DNA from: Octopus sinensis
Taxonomy: Eukaryota
Reading direction: 5' to 3'
Assembly: GCF_006345805.1 (NCBI RefSeq)
Contig: NC_043010.1
Span: 42,594,001 to 42,658,000 of the forward strand
Length of the DNA stretch: 64,000 bases
Part shown: positions 1 through 50,140 of the stretch, piece by piece
How positions within the stretch are numbered: position 1 is the first letter of the stretch
Layout: each line of letters starts with the position of its first letter
The notes under the pieces: generated by a model
The model's input: only the letters and a program-made list of their open reading frames with translations
Told to the model about the DNA's origin: nothing
The model's database searches: none
Program-made: the position numbers and the translations under genes

Positions 1-697
1 TTGATCAAGATACTGCACAAGGGGATTGAACCCAAAAGCACATAGCTTCAAAGCAAACTTAAACCACACAGCAATATCCATGATCATACCCATCCAAACA
101 CTCATCATATATACAGTCCTGAAAGAAACAAGAAAGAAGTTAAAATACTTAAGGGATACTAAATTATCTGCATTTTATAACAGGCATACAGAGAAGATCA
201 GAATTAACACCACTAAATTCCCAAATACTGTCTACATTAATATTGCAATTTCCTATGAAAAATTATTTTAGCAATATCAATATGTTCTTGAAATCTATAC
301 TATGCATTAATATCGTTATTTCTAAATTCACATTCTCTTAGTCAGTTTGGTTAATATTCTCTTCATAAGAATGCAATGTAGATATGCTATTTTATTTTTT
401 CTTTCTCATGTTAGATTACACATGTGATATTGCACATCATGTTATTTGGTTTTATTGGATCAATTTAGTCATTGTTTACAGATTTTTAGTTAGATCTCAG
501 ATGAAAACATTTCCTTGCTTATGTTTTATCAGTGCCAACTTTTCATCTTCTTAATTTATGAGTCTTAATATTCAGTTTCTTCCTCCTAGCATATAAAGCA
601 GATTGATTACTTGAGTATCAGATTGATTGCGTATTTTCACTGAATCGTTATTTGCTTTTATCCCACATTACAGATCAAGTGTTTGCCTTCTTTTTAG

Positions 698-35327
<34,630 letters not shown>

Positions 35328-35609
35328 AGAAATGATTCTGTGATGATTAATTAAAAAACAAAAACTAATCAGCCAGCTAAATTGACTGAGGAATACACAA
35401 CAAAAACTTTTGTTACAAGGGTTCATCAGGAAACGGAAATAAGTGCCTATATATATATGTATATAGTGAACATATACACATGCATTTATACACAAGTTCA
35501 CAAATATATACACATGCATACATATACACTCACACATATATAATCATACTTATATATAAGATGGCACATACATGTACACATGTGTGTGTACAAGCATTGT
35601 ATAAATATG

Positions 35610-35645
<36 letters not shown>

Positions 35646-36300
35646 ATATATAAAAGTATGTGTGTGTGTATGTGGGTGGGTGTGTCTGTGTATATAAGTG
35701 TGGCATTTGATATGAAAATTAACACGTGACAATGATTCAATGCATATAAATATATGTGTGTATCTCATAGATACGAAGGCTGGTATTTATATCTATCTTG
35801 ATCTAGTGTAAAGATATACATGCATAAACATCCTGTTATAATTGGCAAAGAGAAGAGACATGCACAAACACATACATACACAAATGCATACAGACTTACA
35901 CACACACACACACATATATATATATACGTGTATGTGTGTTTGTGTAAATATATATATGTATATATATATGTATATATGCATATGTAAATATACATCTGTG
36001 TTATTACACATATACAGTTTCAACAGGCATCATGGGAAATTAAAAAAAGTAAATACATGCGTGTGCGCGTATGTATGTATATGTATGTATATGTATATAT
36101 ATATATATGTATGTATGTATATGTATATATATGTATGTGTATTATATATTTATATATATATATATATTCACACACACATATGAATAAGAATCACACAAAC
36201 ATATATATATACAGGTATGAATAAGGATCACACAAACTTACATATATGTATATATATATCTATACATTCACACACATGCACACACACATGTGTGTGTGTA

Positions 36301-36344
<44 letters not shown>

Positions 36345-37523
36345 TACACACATGCATATACCCACACACACACACACATGCACAGACATATATATATATA
36401 TATATATATGTATACATACATACATACCTGTGTATAAGTGTATATAGGTAGATAGATATATATATATATAAATATACATACATGCATATACAGAGATAAG
36501 CTGGTTTGGAGCATGCTTGCATGCATGCATATGCATGATATTTCATTAAATTTATAGAATTTCCAATCTCATGTATAATCAATCCTTCGAATATAAGATC
36601 TGAGTCCAATTGCTATTAAATACATGTAACTCCAACTGATTGTGTTAAGTGCCACTTTCTTTCATTTGCTCACATGATAAATATGTCATGAAAAAATGGT
36701 TGTACATGGTACAATTATTGTCAAATACAAAACTCAATACCAACATATTTGTGATCAGCCTGCAACTAGAAAACATCTTTAACAGATACATTTAACGTGT
36801 GTGTGTGTCTGTGTCTGTGTGTGTGTATGTGTTTGTGTGTATATTCATATATACATGTATATAAAATTATATGGTTATAAACACACGCAGAAAGGGTTAT
36901 AATCCAGTACTCCCCATTAATGTTTAATACTATAGACTGCAGCATATCGTCCTGTGTAAATTTGCATTATTTTTTTTTATCTTTGTCCAAAGATTTATGG
37001 ATAGGAGATTATATACACTTTTTGTACATGTATACCTTTGTGACTCCTATCCCATAATGAGACACACACATACACACATATATTCATATTTATGTACATT
37101 TCATCATATGTACATATGTGTGTATATATATATATATATATGTGTATATATATATATACATTTATGTGTGTGTGGCTAAGTGGAGTCTCTCTCTCTCTCC
37201 CTCTCTCTTCCTCTTTCAATCTACCTATGTATGTACAATTATCTTAAAATATCAAGCTACTCAAATTTACATAACTCATTGCTGCGATATGCATAACTCA
37301 ATGCTGCAATCACATGAGAATTTCACAATCAGTTAATTGTTAAATACCTCTGATTTGTTTCACTCTTGATACTAGCTCCTTATACAAGGTAGTAGATTTA
37401 ATATTAACACACAAAAAAAAAATCATACATTTTTGTATCAATAAAATATGTATAAATACACATCATCATCATTCAATGACTTCTTTTCCCATGCTACCAT
37501 GGATCCACTGTCATTATCATTTG

Positions 37524-37576
<53 letters not shown>

Positions 37577-37611
37577 CATATATATACATATAATTATATA
37601 TATATATATAT

Positions 37612-38810
37612 ATGCATATATATGGGTGTGTGTATATATATATATAATATATATATATAATATATATATATATATATCTATTAATATATATATATATGTA
37701 AATACAATAAAATAAAAGATGGACAAGAAGTTGTTAATAGCTTCAATCATCTATAAATTAGTTATACAGAAGTGAGCATAAAAATATATATATTTATCCC
37801 CCAATTAAACATGGATTTTCTTTTAGAACAAACTATACTGCAGAAGATGCGATGAGAGAAGTTTCCTATTGACTTTTGGTGCAAAAATGCACTCTTGTTC
37901 ATATCACTAATGGGGAGATAAATCCATGCCATCTTCCAGCACTGAGAACACCAGTGATATATAGAAAAAAACAAAACAGTGTCAGAACAGACAGTGGTGG
38001 TGCAATTAAACCTGTGGGCTTGCTAAAAAAATACTGTTAGTATTGTTAATACTGCTCCTGTCGCTAATACATATATATATTTTATATTATTATATATATA
38101 TGTGTAGTATGTATGTATGTATGTATGTATGTATGTATGTATGTATGTATGTATGTTTGTATGTATGTATTTAGATATATACATATATATGTATATATAT
38201 ATATATATATGCATATATATGGGTGTGTGTATATATATATATAATATATATATATAATATATATATATATATATCTATTAATATATATATATATGTAAAT
38301 ACAATAAAATAAAAGATGGACAAGAAGTTGTTAATAGCTTCAATCATCTATAAATTAGTTATACAGAAGTGAGCATAAAAATATATATATTTATCCCCCA
38401 ATTAAACATGGATTTTCTTTTAGAACAAACTATACTGCAGAAGATGCGATGAGAGAAGTTTCCTATTGACTTTTGGTGCAAAAATGCACTCTTGTTCATA
38501 TCACTAATGGGGAGATAAATCCATGCCATCTTCCAGCACTGAGAACACCAGTGATATATAGAAAAAAACAAAACAGTGTCAGAACAGACAGTGGTGGTGC
38601 AATTAAACTGTGGGCTTGCTAAAAAAATACTGTTAGTATTGTTAATACTGCTCCTGTCGCTAATACATATATATATTATATATATATAGTATATATATAT
38701 TTATATGATATACTATATATATAGATATATATATATATATATGTGTATGTATGTATGTATGTATGTATGTAGTGTATGTATGTACTGTTTGTATGTATGT
38801 ATGTATTTAA
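37612..38810. repeat. Direct tandem duplication, period 597 bp
   Basis: Identical 70-aa ORFs at 37762 and 38359; one 1-nt indel seen in the unique core (aaacctgtggg vs aaactgtggg). Confidence 0.92.
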
Positions 38811-39379
38811 GATATCATACATGCTATATATATATATATATATATATATAGATGATGAAAGAAAAAAACAGGAAAATCAGTTAGAGTTTATTGTAATTCT
38901 TTACTGATATGTGAAGAATTACTATGAACTCTCACTTTTATTGTATTTTCATTAGCTCAAACTGTTACATTGCCTATAGCCAACTCTTGTTTACTTGGAT
39001 TCTGTCTCCCTTCATTCAATCTTGGATGCTAGGTTTCTGATCTGCTCTTAACAAACACTAAGTGTTTGTATCTATATCCTATATTTTGATGTATTGACAT
39101 CATGAGATGTTTGTAAATGAACATCAACATCATACAAGGGATGTTATGTCATTCATTTGCCGTTGTGACAAGCATGTGTGACCGTGGAGAGATATTACTT
39201 TGCTTAGAAACAAGTGAAGGTTGACAACAGGTAGGACATATGGCTATAGAATATCTGGCTCAACAAATTCACTCCGAACCATGCAAGCATAGAAAAGTGG
39301 ATGTTAAAACACCAATGATAAATAGATAGAGATAGATAGATAGATAAACAGAAAGACATATATATATTTCAATATATGT

Positions 39380-39497
<118 letters not shown>

Positions 39498-39534
39498 GTA
39501 TATATATATGTATATATATATGTATATATATATG

Positions 39535-39580
<46 letters not shown>

Positions 39581-39945
39581 GATATATATATATATATATA
39601 TGTACATATACACACATACACAAACACACACATACATATAATTAATATATACAGCTAATTGTATTTTAAGCAATCCACAAATACATATGTATTTCTAAGC
39701 ATGTATGTATAAATATATTTTTATATGTGTTATGTATGTAGATACACACACACAACAACAACAACAACAACAACAACATGCATGCAAAAGAAAAGAGCAC
39801 TCAATACACAGTCAGGAGTTTCTAAATAAGCAGGTGGTGATTCGCTCTTACATTACTCAAGACTAACTGAATTTTACTTGTGTGAGCAAAACACTGAGTG
39901 ATGCTAGTATCACCAACTGATTAATGTATATATATATATATAATA

Positions 39946-39981
<36 letters not shown>

Positions 39982-42809
39982 GCATACACAGACATACACA
40001 TATATATATCTATATATATATATACAGATACACACACATGTATATATATACACATGAATTTACATATGTATGCATGTATGTATGTGTCTATGTGCATACC
40101 TGTGCACATATACACATATATGATCAGAAAATTATCAAGTGATGCAAAAGAAGATGTTATAGTAACAAGGACTTTTAAAGTGTGCCATACATGAAATGTA
40201 ATCACTTTTGATATAATTCCATTGAAATAGACTTACATCAATCCATATATTTCCTTTCATGAAAAGAAAGAGGGAAACTTTGTGTTGTCTCTTGTGATTT
40301 TTTTTTTATTTACTTTTTTTTTTTTTTTTTTTTTTTAATTTAATCCTAGAATCACATTTGTTTTGCCTATTTCAAATTATAGAATATTCCAGATTGAAAG
40401 AATGTAAAACATCACAGTGAAAATTGAATAGAAGAATATTTGCTTCGAGGAAGTGAATCAAGAAAATCAGAATATTTTTCAGAAAAAGATTATTATATGT
40501 AATGTCTACGACAGGATTAGAGTTTTGAGAGTTAGAAAAAGAGAAAAAATGACTGAATAATGCTTCTTGGTTTTGTTTTTTTGTTTTGTTTTTTCTTTTT
40601 GTTAATGTATTTTGAAAGAAAAGTGATTAAACTATTTTATTTCATGTATATAAATTTATTATAGAAGTCTATGCTTGGATATAAATTCATCTCATTTGTA
40701 CAACAGAACACATTTACAAAAATACATAATTTCCCATAATGTGTATATTGCCATACATATACACATAACAATGGATATGATTAATGGTAAAGAAAATTGC
40801 TGCTAATTTTCTAACTTATTAGGAAACAAACTGAGGTTTGTTGTGATCTTTTTATTTTTTATTTAATTTCACTTTTGCGTTTTTTTAAAAGATAGCAAAG
40901 TATTGGTGTGTGGAAGAAGGAAAATACCACATACTTTCTATCAATACAATACATAGATGCATTTATGTATATATGGCTATATATGTATGTATATTCACAA
41001 ATGCACATATGAATGTGTTTATTACACACACATACACACACACACTGTTAGCAACCCAGATTACTTTCAACTCTTCCCAACTTTGTGCCTACAATTGTGA
41101 ATGAGTGGAATTTCATCCCCACATTTTATTTAAGTTTCATGAACACTGGTGTGAATCTATCCAGTTTCCCTTCGGTAGAATCTTTGACTGATTTTCCCCT
41201 TTAGTAACCATTGTATTGATAAAGACATGCAAAGACATTTGAAGTTAGATACATGCATACGCAGATGTATTCAATACAAATATTTATAAGCATATGTGAC
41301 TGTCACTAAAGAAATGTTTAAAACTTCCTTTGTGAACAGGCATTTTTGCATGCGTATACCTGTATGTGAACATGTGTGTTTGTGTGTATGTGTGTGTGTG
41401 TGTGTGTGTGGAACTGTAAATTTAAGACATGTTATTACTACTCTATAAACTTACATTAACGTAGTCAATGTGTTTGATTTTAAAATTATGCAACATCTGA
41501 AGACTATTCTCTCTCTTTTAACCAATTACATCACTAAGATTATTTTTATTTATATCCTCACTGTTAACTAAGATCTCCCCACTCTCCTCTCACCAGGAGC
41601 AGCATTCACTGTCAAATACAATTCAATTTTTTATGCAATATTATATGCAACTTTTTACCATCTTTTTTACATGCACTTTTTTAATGAAAATCAAACATAT
41701 ATTTCATCAATTCTACATATATTTTTTTTTTCTTTTACTATTATTTTACAAAGCAATTCCTGTAATATTTTCAAACTGTTTTTAATTGAAACTAGACTGA
41801 AATTGTGACTAGCTTCTATTTGTTATAACTGGACACCATTTGTTGTACATGAAAATCATTATATTTATTTGCAGTCTTTATTGTTTTCATCTACTAGGGA
41901 CAACGGATTTAATTTCAGTTTAATTTTTTAAGTATAAGGGAAAAATTAAAACATAATGTAAATAATTAATGTTGGATTAAGATTACTCCTGCTTTTTATT
42001 TAAACTATTTTAGAAAACATTCTATTTGGGAACAGATTAAATGGAATACGTTCAAATCCAGCATATAAACTGAAGACAGCTGTAGTCTCCGACCACTGCT
42101 AATGGTCACTTGTAAACCATTTGTCACAATTTACAGGTGTTGGAGAAGAAACAAGGAAACCTGGTTCCCAGATTTTATATACATCAAAGTCAAAATGAGC
42201 AATGTGTTCATTTTAGACATATAGATATAAACATCTATGTGTTCCCATATTATAAATGAATGATTCATAAATGAGTGTGTGTGTATCTGATAGACAGATG
42301 GAAGTGTTCATTTAGCACATTTGGGGGAAAATATTCAATATCACATCTTTGAGATATCAAAAAAATAATCGATGGAAAATATATTGATGTGTGCATCCAA
42401 CACATAAACATATACTGATATATTTGTGTGAAAATTATGATTTTCATTTCCATGCTCCATCATTTTATTTTAATGTATGATATATTAATGTACAAAGACA
42501 CACAGACATACACACGTGCAAACATACACACATACATATACAGGCATGTGTGTGTTTGTTTTTATGTATATGTGGATATACACGCACACACACACCTACA
42601 TGTATACAAGTGTGTGCGTGTGCATGTATGTGCGCATGTGTGTGTGTGTGTGTGTCTGTGTCTGTGTGTGTGTGTGTGTGTACACAGTACCACACTATAT
42701 CCTTAACACAAAAACCAATTCAAGATATTCTGTGCAGCTTCTGCAAACAGCTTGTTGGCACAAACCCTCTTTGCATAGTTGACAACTGATGCATTACATA
42801 AACTCCGGA

Positions 42810-42869
<60 letters not shown>

Positions 42870-44243
42870 GCATATTTAATTTTTTTTTTAAGAAAGGTAA
42901 AACTTAATCTTATTTTAATTTTCCTTGCAATGGCTTAGCTTTGGTAACAATCACACTGAGTTTATTTGGAATTTTTTCTGTTTTCTTATTTTTATCTTCT
43001 GTCTTTTTACCATGAAGGGAAATGAATGATAAACGATTTTGCCATTTTTTTTAATGATACTCTGAAAAAATATTAGATGGCTGTGTTGAAATAGTTTTGA
43101 TGTCAGCATAGATACTTTCAAAATTACTATAATTATCGAGTAACCATTCATTCTGACAACTAAGAGATTTGAAATATTCATTTTATTGTTGATATTTCAC
43201 TTGGAAAGGATAGTAATGACTGATTTATAAAATAGCAGTAAGTACAAGAGTACCTCTAGCTGGCCACTCAGTCTGCTGGAAGTAACAATCTAATAATCAA
43301 ATATCCCTCAAATCCCATCCTTCCGTTTTTTGTTTGTTTTTTTTAAAATGGACATGGATATTGTAATCTGAACATAAGACAAGATGGTTATGGCAGAAGT
43401 ATATTTGATCTTAGGTCTGCTCATTAATGGCTGAGTCGGGGCTAAACAAAAAAAGAATTGCAATAATGACAAATGTAATAGTACCTCACAAACATCTAAA
43501 AATGTTATATTTAGCATTGGGTAAATGGTATCATGATATAAATACACAATGAGAAGTATGACACTGTATAACAGAAAAGCAGCTGGGATGCTTATGGTAC
43601 AGTAACATGTTATAATATAGTAGAATATACCATGGTATATCAGTATATTATAGTATATTATGACAATAATGCCATGTGTAATGACAACAATGGCACTTAT
43701 TGTAACAATATGTTTGTGTGTGTGTGCGTGTGTGGTGTGTGTGTGCGTGTGTGTGTGTTGTATAAGATGTGAAGCCAGTGGTTAGCCTTATGCTTTTATG
43801 GTTTGTTTCCTGGTGTTCTTGAGCAAGACACTTCATTTCAAATTGGTGTAGTTGACTCAGTTTTAGAATGAGTACCAGTACATAACCCTTCTCTTCTTTC
43901 AACTATTATATCCTGGATACTCCACTGGTACGAGAAGGGGACACTGGAAGGAATATCTGTGTCTGCTCCTAAATGCATAAAACATTCAAAGCAATCAGTG
44001 AAAGCACAGTACATGATAGCCGCCATAAAACAGAATCCAAGTAAAACTATGAAGATCTACAAACTTTGAAGATGGCTCAAGAAACTTTATTGTTCCAAAC
44101 TGCAAAGAATTGATACAAAAATATATTAAAATCAGAAATAAATAAAGATAAAGAAATGAAATATGAATAAAATATATACTGTGATTGTGCTTTACCAGTA
44201 ACCAGGTATAAACCATCCATTTTATTATTTAATAACACACACA

Positions 44244-44284
<41 letters not shown>

Positions 44285-44325
44285 CACATATATATGTATG
44301 TGTATATATATATATATATATATGC

Positions 44326-44371
<46 letters not shown>

Positions 44372-44421
44372 TATGTGTGTGTGTGTGTATGTGTATGTAT
44401 GTATATGTATGTATGTATGTA

Positions 44422-44459
<38 letters not shown>

Positions 44460-44562
44460 CATAGATATATATACATATATATGTGTTGTGTATGTGTGTT
44501 ATCAATGGATGGTTTATACCTGGTTACTGGTAAAGCACAATCACTTTCAGTGTTCATTATGC

Positions 44563-46252
44563 ATTTGGTTAATGAGAGATAAAAGATGGAAGATACTAGA
44601 ATTTTTATTAATCACTACAACTGTTTCAATCCATCTAGCATTGATCCCTCATGGGTGGGATACTTAACAACTGGTCCAGCATCCAACAATGCAGATGTGT
44701 CTCTTCAGGTGATAAATAACAGTTCCACAATGTATCTTCTCAGTTTGTGTAAAGAAAAGCAGCAAATTAAAAGATATAGCTTCATTTATGTAGAAGATTA
44801 ACATTAGAATAACAGATACAAAAAGGAAATGAAGATGCAATACAGCGAAAAATGTATTAAATATATATTAACAGATATGGATGTATAAATGCCCTCACAT
44901 AGGTTATATGGCACAACATGTATGCTCACTCATACAAGCATCCACAACAGAGATGTAGATATATACATCCATGTGGTTTAGTATATATATGTTTGCATAG
45001 CAAGTTGGTGTTTATAAAACAAATGTTTCTCTAAATCAAATAGATACCATACTACTTTTAATAGACACACCATGAAGGTATCTTACACTAACTCTTTTAA
45101 TTTAGAGCAGCATATGCACCAAATAAACAATAGTAAAATGAAACAGCAGTTCAATAACCCACCTACTGGAACTAACAAATAAATGCATCAAAATACCAAC
45201 AAAGGAGATGTAAACATCATTGAAAAGCACCAAATTTGGCCAAATCGTGATAGTAGAAAGGAATGTGATATAGTTAACATGGTAACAAGGTCACAAAATA
45301 AGTCAGAACTGCCATATATACAAATAAATATAATAAATACTCATGCAGAGAAAGATCAAAATGCCCATTGATGAACCACTGTATGAGTACAAATCTTGTA
45401 TATAAATGTACCGTACACACAAGAGGAAGGACGTATGCTTACATTGAGGCAACAGCTGATTCATTCAAGAATTGTTATCACAACCATATTGCCAGCTTCA
45501 AGAAAATCAATAAGAGACATTCAACAGCTTGGCCGATTTTGTGTGGAAGATAAAATTAAGTATAACATAACTTGGTCCATAGTAAGACACTCAAAACCAT
45601 ATAATATCATTTCCAGGAGTTGCTCTAAGGAATCGCTGTCTATTGTGTGGACCAATAAGAAGATCATTAATAGAATTTCTGAAAGACTCTCAAGATACTT
45701 ACTTGCATATAAATGCATTTTTGCACAATGCAGTGGTAATGAATTTGAGTAACTGTTAACATAATTCACCTTAAGGTATGGATTAATTAAATTTAGCTTT
45801 AACCTCCCCATTGTTATAAATACTAAGTAACTACTTAACTCATTATGTGAACATATGTGCACCAAACCACACATTTGTATGCTTACATCTTCATGGATGC
45901 TTGTATGAGCAAATGTGCATGCATACAATCTATGTGAAGGCATTTATACATCCATATCCATTAATGGTTATATTTGATACCTTCTTCACCGTATTGCATG
46001 TTCGTTTCTTTTTTGTATCTGTTATTTTATTATTGATCGTCTATATAAATGAAAGTGTATCCCTTAATTTGCTGCTTTTCTTTATACGAACAAGTTATAT
46101 CTATTTATCACCCAAAGAGACACTGCTGCACTCTAAGATGCTCTTGAACCAGTTGTTAAGTATCCCACCTGTGTGGGATCGATGCTAGATGTATAGAAAC
46201 AATTGTAGTAATTAATAAAATTCTCATATCTTCCGTCTCTCATTAGCCAAAT
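44563..46252. repeat. ~400-bp diverged inverted repeats (44563-44983 and 45860-46252) flanking the Penelope remnant; third partial copy at 49439-49589
   Basis: Shared blocks such as ctagcatxgatccc...gtgggatacttaacaactgg and aagaaaagcagcaaattaa...ataacagatacaaaaa...gatatggatgtataaatgcc. Confidence 0.8.
45057..45752 (+). mobile_element. Penelope-like element remnant, linker and GIY-YIG endonuclease region
   Basis: FNRHTMKVSY...; CPLMNHCMSTNLVYKCTV...AYIEATADSFKNCYHNHIASFK...HST; ITWSIVRHSKPY; these match the PLE CPL.G.CL...VY.ATV...YIG.T...FK.RY.NH..SF pattern, now disrupted. Confidence 0.8.
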
Positions 46253-47249
46253 ATATACACACACACACATATATATAAATGAATATCTATATGACACACA
46301 CACACACACATGCACACATATATAAACATTCATATTTATACAGAGAATGTCAGAAAAGATATGTGTGTGTGTGTGTGTGTGTGTAGTGACTGCAACGACC
46401 AGCAAGTTACAGCAATGGCACATGTTTATAGCAATATTTTATTGGTGTTGTTTTTTTTTTCTTTATTTTTGCAGTTGAAGTTTCTAACATTTCACCCCAA
46501 ATTATAGGATGAGTTTCCAAAAATATTTCAGAAAACAAAAAGAACTCTTGATAAAATTAGAACAAGTCTGTTTGATCTTTTTGAATATATTTTCTGCTGG
46601 AGGTGATTAGTCATTAAAATGTTAATTTGGAGAAAAATAAAGGCATGATGCTAACTAATAATTAATTATAATTAACTGACAATTAATTATGATTCTAAAG
46701 GTTATATATTATAAACTATTGCATTATCTTGCAACTGGAAAACCACTAAAGAATTTGTATTTTGATCCACTAGATTCTAAAATGAATGTACTGACTGTTA
46801 TTTAGCATACACTAGATTATAAGTAGGAGATGCTGGAATGGTTTTACATTGTTTTATCAAATCTACAGAAGAATTTCAACTCAGATTAATTCAAACTGAT
46901 GAAACACTTCCATTTTTTATCGTGTTTTAGCCATCACTGTCAAGGCCATCCTGGTGCACTACTTGTTTCTGCTGCTTTATGCCCTTGCTTGATGAGGCTG
47001 GTCATCCCAGGTTAGTGGTCCCAGAGACATCATCATACATAAAGCCAACCAAGTCCACCAGTGTTCTCCATCACTGATGATGCCATGGCAGCATCACTGC
47101 ATCCACCACTATGTTGTTTTTAATCCTGAGTTCATCTTCACAGCAAACCTGTGAAGGTATCAAGACTGTGTCAATAAGAGTTAAGTAACTTTAATACAAA
47201 CACAGTACAACAGTGATTCTCACAAGGTGCTGCTTCAATATACCATGAA

Positions 47250-47450
47250 AATATCATCATCATCATCATCATCATATAACATCCATTTTCCATTCTGGCA
47301 TTGGTTGGACAGTTTGATCAGAGCTGGTAAGGCCAGGCCCTGCACCAGGCTCCATTGTCAGTTCTGGCATGGTTCCTATGGCTGGATGCCCTTCCTGATG
47401 CCAACCTCTCCACAGAGTATACTGGGTACCTTTTATGTGGCACCAGCACT
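47250..47450 (-). mobile_element. Degenerate family D 3' part, antisense
   Basis: (ATC)n followed by ccattttcc...ggctggatgcccttcctgatgccaac. Confidence 0.6.
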
Positions 47451-48658
47451 GGTGCTTTTAATACATGGGTGCTTTTTATGTGGCAGCAGCATGGGTAACA
47501 ATTCTGCTGTGGTGGTACAGCAAGGCACTAGATATTACAGTCCTTTGTGAACAGCAAGGCACCACAAATTATATTTCAAAAATGCAAACAGAAATTTTAA
47601 GCATAAAGTCTTAATAACTACACTTCAATTAGTGAATTATCAAATTCATAGTTAATAATTCTCTGTTGCATAAAGTATTTAAATTTATTGGTTAAATCAT
47701 AAAATTATCCATTTCTAACAGTTTTTTGGCTTTGTGCATAAAATGCACCAAAATATTTTTTATTTGCTTAGCATCCACTTGTGTACAACTTTAAAGAAAG
47801 AACTATGTAAAGGAAATGGTTATCAGTATGTTAAGTTTCTCTACTAACAAACTTTATCATGATACATAGTAAGCATCAAATTTTTAAAACATTTTGTTTA
47901 TGATGGTATTTTGTTTGACAGCATAACGAATATCAAAAATGAAAAAGAAAGAAGCAGTGGTAGCATTCACCAGACACCCCATGCATAGTGTTCTACATAT
48001 TTAGAAAATATGTTAATCAAAACAGCTAACAATATCTGAGAGGCACTATATTGTTGAATATATATATTTATTATAGAAATGTATTTCTATTGCATTTTAT
48101 ATACCAACACACACACACACACACACACAATGTTTACACATTCATACACATAAGTATATTTATGTATGTATATACACAATATTATATATATATATACCAT
48201 ATAAAATATATAATAGGTGCATGTCAGGCAGTGTGGTTGAGCAGCTTCCTTTCATGTTCAGTTCTTCAGCATGGCACCTTGGCAATTGTCTTCTACTATA
48301 GCCCTGGGCCAGCCAAAGCCGTGTGATTGGATTTGAAGATAAAAATGTGTGTGTGTGTGAGTATGTATATGCATATCTGTGAGTGTGTGTGCATGTGTGT
48401 GTACTTTGTCACAACATCATGTGATGATTATAAAGGAACATCACCATCATACAAGTGATGCTGTTTATTTCCAGTCTTCAGTGAGAATCATTAATAACCA
48501 TGGGGGAAATATTACCTAGCTTGAAAACAGATGAAACTTGGCAACAAAAAAGAGCAATCAGTTGTATAATATCTACCTCAATGGATTCTATCTGATCTAG
48601 ACAAGTAAGAAAACGTGGACATTGAAATGATGTTGACTACGATATAAATATTTATGTG

Positions 48659-48691
<33 letters not shown>

Positions 48692-49832
48692 TCATACCTA
48701 TATAAGTGTATACATATATATGTGTGTGTGTGTGCATACATGTATATACACACACATATATATATATATATATACATGTGTGTGTGTGTGTGTATATATA
48801 TAGATATATGTATATATTTATATCTATGTGAATGTATACATATGTCTGTATACATGTATGTGTATGTATATATATATATATATAATATATATATATATTA
48901 TATATATATATATATATCAGCCTTAACATCTAACTTCCTTTTTACCATGCTGGCATGAGTTCGACTGTTTGACAAAAACTGACAAGGCAATTGGACTGCA
49001 TTAAGTTCCTATATCTACTTTGGCATGGTTGCTACAGCTGGATACTCTTCCTAATGCCAACCAATTTACAGAGTAGGGCTTCTTTTCAGAATATCTTAGG
49101 GCTTCTTTTCAGCAGCAGTAAGTAATCCCCAGACAATTCCTCTAAACTGTATGAAGCATATTATTGAGTGATGTGAAAGTATGAAAGGGAAACAGGAACA
49201 AGTGTCTTGCTGAAGGAGTAAATACATGTCTTTCCCTTCTACACACTAGAATAGAGACAAAGGAACACAACCAGTAACACAACAGCAAGGCCATTATCCA
49301 GTCCATGAAAGATGACTTTATGCATTGCACATCTCTCAAGCTCTTCACCTTCCAAACTGCAGCCAATCTTTTTTTAATGAGACAAAATAGATCAAGTGTT
49401 TTGTTTTTAAGGAAAGAAGAGAACTGGTATGATTGTTGGCAAATTAAGGGATACAGCTTCATTTATATAGACGATCAATAATAAAATAACAGATACAAAA
49501 AAGAAACGAACATGCAATACGGTAAAGAAAGTATCAAATATAACCATTAATGGATATGGATGTATAAATGCCCTCGCATAGATTGTATGGTGCATGTACA
49601 TAGAGAATTATGCAAGATGATTTACAGTAGCAAGTTCAGTTTCTGAGTACAATCTACATTAGGATTTTCAAAATATCCTGTAGTATAATGAAACTGATTC
49701 CCTTAGAAAGAGGAATTTTGACAGTTTAATATTTTACAAGGTATTTCAATAAATTATGTTATGAGAAAATAAAAGAATATGAAATCAAGTTTATCAAAGC
49801 AAGGTCTTAGAGTTGTTTGTCTTAGAATGACA

Positions 49833-50140
49833 TTTATCATCATCATCAAGTTACTTTGACTCATGCAGTCAGTCACTGGGGTTCCACTCTAAACACTTTC
49901 ATAGTCAGGTGTCATCACTGGTCTCTGTTCTCTGTCGTGCATAGCAGGTTCTCTGTATTGTAACCTGTCCAGTCCTTGATGTTGTCAAGCTTCTCTTTCA
50001 CCCTCCCTAAAACTGTGTAATGAAGAATGGTTTTGAGCAGGGAGCTGTGACAGGATACATGACTATACCAGACAAGCTTCTAACTTCTTACCTGCACAAG
50101 GAGTGGTTCCTATCTGCCAGTGCATTTGTTGACATGATGC
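49833..50140 (-). mobile_element. Degenerate RTE LINE 3' end, antisense
   Basis: (ATC)n tail on the + strand; minus strand resembles the RRKL.W.GHV.R...K..LQG..G.R.RGR..W region with frameshifts. Confidence 0.5.

Noticed and set aside
44563-46252. Hammerhead ribozyme expected in Penelope pseudo-LTRs
   Set aside because: I found no convincing CTGATGA...GAAA core with flanking stems by eye on either strand; a covariance-model search is needed.
46445-46605. Strong polypyrimidine acceptor at 46474 and a possible exon at 46508-46602
   Set aside because: All three frames from 46475 stop within 13 codons, and no partner exons or homology were found.
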